This document shows positions 58,670 through 64,000 of a stretch of 64,000 nucleotides of DNA, piece after piece. The stretch's first letter is position 1, and every line of letters begins with the position of its first letter. Under the pieces are notes generated by a model, which was given only the letters and a program-made list of their open reading frames with translations, was not told where the DNA came from and did not search any database. This DNA is from Leidyana gryllorum EB-2025a (taxonomy: Eukaryota > Protista > Apicomplexa), in the NCBI GenBank assembly GCA_048772705.1, contig JBLWGC010000133.1:1-64000 (forward strand), written 5' to 3'. The position numbers and the translations under genes were made by a program.

Positions 58670-61600
58670 ATGCAACCACTCACCTCCAAGGAGACCCGCA
58701 AACGCTTCGTTGAGTTCTTCGAGAAGAGAAATCATGTCCATTGGCCATCATCCTCGGTCGTTCCGTACAATGACCCCACTCTGCTCTTCATGAACTCTGG
58801 CATGTGCCAGTACAAACCCATTCTTTTGGGGGATGCAGACCGCTCAACAGAGTTCGGACAGTTGAAACGCGCTACCAACTCTCAAAAATGCATCCGCGCG
58901 GGAGGCAAGCACAATGACCTCGAGGATGTAGGCAAAGATGTCTACCACCACACCTTCTTCGAAATGCTTGGCAATTGGTCCTTCGGTGACTACTTCAAAC
59001 AAGAAGCAATCAATTTCGCATGGGAACTTCTTACTGAAGGCTATGGTCTCCCCAAGGAGAGGTGAGTATTCTATTTGCAGCCTTTGACGGAGTCTGACGC
59101 TGCTGTCTTGCACTGTGCCCTTGACTACCCGCTACTGTGTGTGCACACGCCGTCTCAGTCTCCTGTGCAAACTGTTTTTCTTCTCGCAGGTTGTACGCCA
59201 CCTATTTCGGCGGTGATGAGAAACTTGGACTGGGCCCAGATCTTGATGCGAGAGCAATGTGGCTAGAGAAGCTCCCAGAAAGCCACGTACTCCCTGGTAC
59301 CGCCAAAGAGAACTTCTGGGAAATGGGTGACACTGGACCATGCGGACCTTGCTCCGAGTTGCACTTTGATCGCATTGGTGGTCGTGAGTGCCCCGAGCTA
59401 GTGAACCAGGACGACCCGGACGTATTGGAGATCTGGAACCTTGTGTTTATGCAGTACAATCGGGAACCATCGGGGAAGCTGACCCCTTTGCCGGCAGGCT
59501 GCATTGATACTGGTATGGGATTAGAGCGTTTGGTCTCTGTCCTGAACAACGTGCGATCTAACTATGATACGGACGTATTCCAGCCCCTGTTCCGCAAGAT
59601 TGAAGAGCTATGCCCAAATGCACCCCGAAAGTACGAAGGCAAAGTGGGCGATGAGGATGCGAATCACATCGATCTGGCGTATCGTGCAGTTGCTGATCAT
59701 GCTCGGACTGTGACTGTGGCGATAACTGACGGTGCGGTTCCCGCGAACGAGGGTCGTGGGTACGTTGTGCGGCGTGTGTTGCGTCGTGCGGTTCGTTACG
59801 GACGACAAATCCTCAACGCACCCAAGGACAAACCTTGGTTCTATTTATTGGTGGATGTAGTAGTGGACAGTCTCGGAGACTACTATCCCGAGTTAGTGAA
59901 GAACGCTGACAAAGTGAAAGCGCTCATAATTGAAGAAGAAAAGCAGTTTGGGAAGACACTTGACCGCGGAACAACTTTGTTCAACCGTCAGACGAAGAAC
60001 CTAAAGGCGGGTGATCGTTTGGAGGGGCGGATCACGTTCGAGCTGTTGGCGACTTACGGTTTCCCTGTGGATTTGACCCGAATATTGTGTGAAGAACGAG
60101 GCCTTATTCTGGACGAGGACGGGTTCGAGAAGGCAATGGAGGAGCACCACAAGAGTTCTGAGGGCAATGCTAATCGTAAACTGCTCCAAATGTTGACACC
60201 TGACCAAGTTGCGCATTTGGAGAAGAATCTCAAAGTCAAGCCCACTGATGATAGCACCAAATACATGTGGGATACAACAGGCGACGGTCCGGAGCATCAA
60301 ACAGTGCTTCGTGCTATTGTTGATGGCAAGGAGTTCCCGACGTCAGCGGAAGCTTCCGATGGGAACGAAGAGGACCAGAAGGTCTGGACTCTGATCTTCG
60401 AGAGCACATCTTTCTACGCAGAGAGCGGTGGACAAGTTGGAGACGTGGGTTTCGGTACATTCGAGAACAATGCAGAGATTGTCGTTGTCGACACCAAACG
60501 AATGGGACCCTACGTGCTTCATTTCGCAAAAGTGACAGAAGGCACAGTCAAAGTGGGAGACACAGTCAAACTCTCGTGCGACTACGCTCGTCGCGCCAAC
60601 ATTGCCAAGAACCACACCGGCACTCACTGTCTCAACTATGTGTTGAGGGAGACATTGGGCGATGGTGTCGAACAGGCTGGAAGCATCGTTGAACCGAGTC
60701 GTCTGCGATTCGACTTTACCGCCAACAAAGCCCTCACAGTCGATCAGGTGGAGAGGATTGAGAAGCGGATGGCTGAGATTGTTGAGGCCAAACTTCCCGT
60801 GTACGCACAGGAATCAGCCTTGGCGACTGTCAAGTCTCTGCCAGGACTCCGAAGCCTTGTGGGCGAGAACTACCCCGATCCCGTCAGAGTGATCACTGTT
60901 GGCCACAGTCTTCAGGACATTTTGGACGGCAAGCCGGGTGCTTCCGCTTTGGAGGCCTCAGTTGAGTTCTGCGGCGGTACACACCTTTCCAACAGTTCTG
61001 AGATTGTCAGCTTCACTGTGATCACGGAGGAGTCCATTAGTCGTGGCGTTCGGCGGATTGTGGCGGCGACTGGTCCGGTGGCTCGGGAGTCGATGGAGTT
61101 GGGGAAGCAGTTGCTGGAGGAGGCTCAAGTGTTGTCAAAGATGGCTAATCTGGACAGCGCAGTGGCGGCGGCGAATAGCATTAAGAGCAATTTGATTGCC
61201 AACAAGGAGAACATTCCATTGATTCACCGCAAGAAGATCACAGATATGGTGGACGCTGTGGCTGCTCGGAAGCTCGAGGACGGCAAAGCCCGCAGCAAAG
61301 CCCTGAAGAAAGAGGGAGGCGAATTGGGTCTCCTCAAAGGTCAAGCGGTAAGGATTCATTCAAATTGAACCCCTTTTTGATTGTTAATTGCAGTGCCAAG
61401 TTGCTGGTGACAAGTTTGCTGTGGTGGAGTTGCCGTCTCTGGAGGGAGACATGAAGGCCATGGAGGAGTACATCAATTGCTTCAACAAACACGCGTTGGC
61501 TGCTCTGTTGTTGATCTCTACGGATCCGAGTAGTGGCAAGATCAGTGTGCTTATCAGTGTACCACGAAGTTTGGCCGAGACCATCAAGGCGAATGAGTGG

Positions 61601-61735
61601 GGGACCGCTACTATAGAAGGCTGCGAGGGGAAGGTTGGTGGTAAAGATGTGACTGCAAGAGGAGTCTTGGCCAAGGGCGAGACGGCGAAGCTGATTGCTC
61701 AGGCTGAGAAGTATGCTGCTGCACTGTCCTTTTGA
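58670..61735 (+). CDS. AARS: Alanyl-tRNA synthetase
   Basis: [39 protein letters not shown] and editing-domain HTGTH and EFCGGTH. Confidence 0.98.
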
Positions 61736-61757
61736 GAACCTACACATCACACACAGA

Positions 61758-63969
61758 CTAGGCTCTGAAAACTGTTAATGTGACGTCAATCCATCCGACT
61801 TGTGCACCGGTACGGGATCGGAGTATTACAGATCGACTGATTGGTCCGATATCAGCTTCGTTTAGGTCCTTCAGTGTAGCGCTGCCCAAACAGTCATAAG
61901 CCGTCTTGCGATTAGCCATTCTGTCTCGAAAAAGCTGTATGACCAGGTCGGGTATTCGCTGGCCTATACCCATGGAAACTATCTCGTTGACCACCACTTC
62001 GTACCCACGCAGGCCATGGACAGGTTTACCGACGTCAATAGAGCTCGTGACACAGTCTCGGTGGCACAGGCTGCTCTGCGATTTGAAAGTAGGGGCGGGG
62101 GCGGCACTCACTATTCGGTTGGATGATCTACGAATGGGAGATCTTCAAAGGCCAGGTGCTTGGGTTGAGTGTGGGGGAGATCCTTGACACCGCAGTAGGT
62201 GGGTTTCTGACGGACATTGACGTAAAAGGATAAGATGCCTTTGACGATAACGTCGCGCGTAAAGTGAACTTTGTCGATGCACACTCTCAGTACATCCACT
62301 GGAGCGGGAAGGTCCTGGGTCTCGCGCTTGGCTCTGGGCATTAGCACTGAGCTCCAGGGGGGTGAGATAGGACATATCAGCGGCAGGTCTGGCGGTGAGT
62401 GAGAAGGGCATTGAGTTTACGGACTTCTTATAACTTACGACTGAGTAGAGCTCTGAGGTGAGGGGGGGAATGTCTATCGAACCACAGACCCAAGTCTCCT
62501 GGGAGAATGGGGTCGGGACGAGGATCAGCTGCCTGCGCGAATGTCATGTTACAGAGAGTCTCTGCAAAGCTGGATTTGACGGCGTGAGGCGCAGCCGCGG
62601 CCTCGACGTGCCGAGCCACGTAATGCAACAAGGATCCAGACGTCTTGAGCCGCTGATGAGGGGGTGGCGGCGCTATGTGGAACTTTGGTTTGTATGTGAA
62701 TGTGAAGAAAGCGACGTTCTCTGTATCCTGGAGAACAGCGAGGGACTCCTGAGTGGAGTTTTGGGCCATTGTGTATATGTGAAGAGACGATAGTTTCACT
62801 CACTGTCTTCTCAAAGTCCCGGTCAAACGCATCACTGTGGGACACCGAACACTCTTCGACGAGCGGGAGACGTTCCGACTCATGTCGAGTTGGCGGTGTG
62901 GCAGAGAGGACGAATTCCTGGAAGCAGCACTCATCTCCATACACCAAGTCCAGCACCAAGCACACTTGGGTGTGACAGAGGTCTCGCAAGCGGTCTGTAA
63001 TAACGGCTTTGAGATCTTTGATGAATACTCCGCCAGATTGGGGATGGAGATAGATTTTGGCATCCTCAGCATTCACCTTCCACCCTTCCGGATGTTTGGA
63101 GGTGAAGGGAATGTGATCGAATCCCGTCCAGGTGTGCAAATAGATGAATACGGCTTCACCCGGTTGGGCTGCTTGCAGGAATTGGTCCAAACTATTCTGC
63201 GTGGATGTGAGTTTGGCTGAGCGTCCATTACCAATAATGTGCTCTCCTGAGTCTCTCCGGGACTCGTCAGACACCTGAGTCAAAGTGTGTGGTGATTGAG
63301 CGTTGCGCATCAAACAGACTGCGTCTTGTTGCAGTGAGAATAACTTCCACAAACCGGAAGTCTCACTTACTCAGAAATCGTTACTCCACTCTGCTTCAGG
63401 ATATGGAGCGATTCGTTCACAGCCCCACTTAGGAAAGAGGGTTTGTGGTATCGGTCTTCGTCATCACAGTACACTATGAAAGCTCTGACGGGTTCGTCAC
63501 TAACGGCAGAGGGGAGGACGGAGACGGGCAGAGGCGCAACGGGCTGCTGATGATGATGATATATGTCCACCCAAGGCTTCACAAAATGGCGCTCCTCTTT
63601 CAGAGACACAGGCAGGAGCTCCTCGGTGGCGGAGGAGGACGAGGCCTCCTCGTCATGTAGACCGCCATCGCGCTCGTGTCGGACCATTGACGGTACAGTT
63701 TGGATCATAGCGTTCATATTGTTGCGCATCACCGTTGGATTTGGCGGGTTGGACACATCGGCCACCGTCACTCCCTGAGGAATGCCCAACACCGCACGGG
63801 GGTCGGGATACAAAATAGTGGTGGTCGGCATAGAGGTAAAGACAGCGGGGGTCTCTGCCCTTTTGACACCGGTTGCGGGGAAACGGCGGCTGGCAGATCG
63901 CGTGTGACGGCCGGTGGACGGGGGCGAGCCGGTGGAGGTCGTTCTGCGAACATCACTTCCACTTCGCAA
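61758..63969 (-). CDS. Metacaspase-like protein with degenerate catalytic motifs and C2-like C-terminus; start may lie outside the window
   Basis: VRAFIV..LSGAVNE, AQPGEAVFIYLHTWTG and VCLVLDLVYG occur in metacaspase motif order. C-terminal LRVCIDKV..VGWIDVTL is C2-like. Confidence 0.5.
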
Positions 63970-64000
63970 TACGGGAGCGATTCGTACATCTCTTCTGCGG

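Overview
Gene-dense eukaryotic DNA with short GT-AG introns (about 30-60 nt) and intergenic gaps often under 100 bp. The gene content suggests an apicomplexan, probably a gregarine (inference). The flanks carry housekeeping genes: an RRM protein, RPA2-like, a SNARE, CDC73-like, RPL35, Psf1-like, TRM1, RPB10, VPS29-like, NOG1, eIF4E and AlaRS. They also carry the gamete fusogen HAP2/GCS1, a secreted CBM5/12-like protein, four small secreted orphans and a metacaspase-like gene. The centre (15.5-34.8 kb) is a tandem array of 7 intronless integrin-beta I (vWA) domain surface proteins plus 1 pseudogene. A 6.2-kb cassette (24801-31047) splits this array. It holds two divergent paralogs of an unrecognised ~500-aa protein and two inverted ~1.38-kb copies of a non-coding element. 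That element is packed with G-U-containing stems and GAAA/UUCG tetraloops, and many differences between its copies preserve pairing. This candidate long structured RNA plus partner protein is the main novelty. All calls were made by eye, with no database searches; exon limits are approximate.
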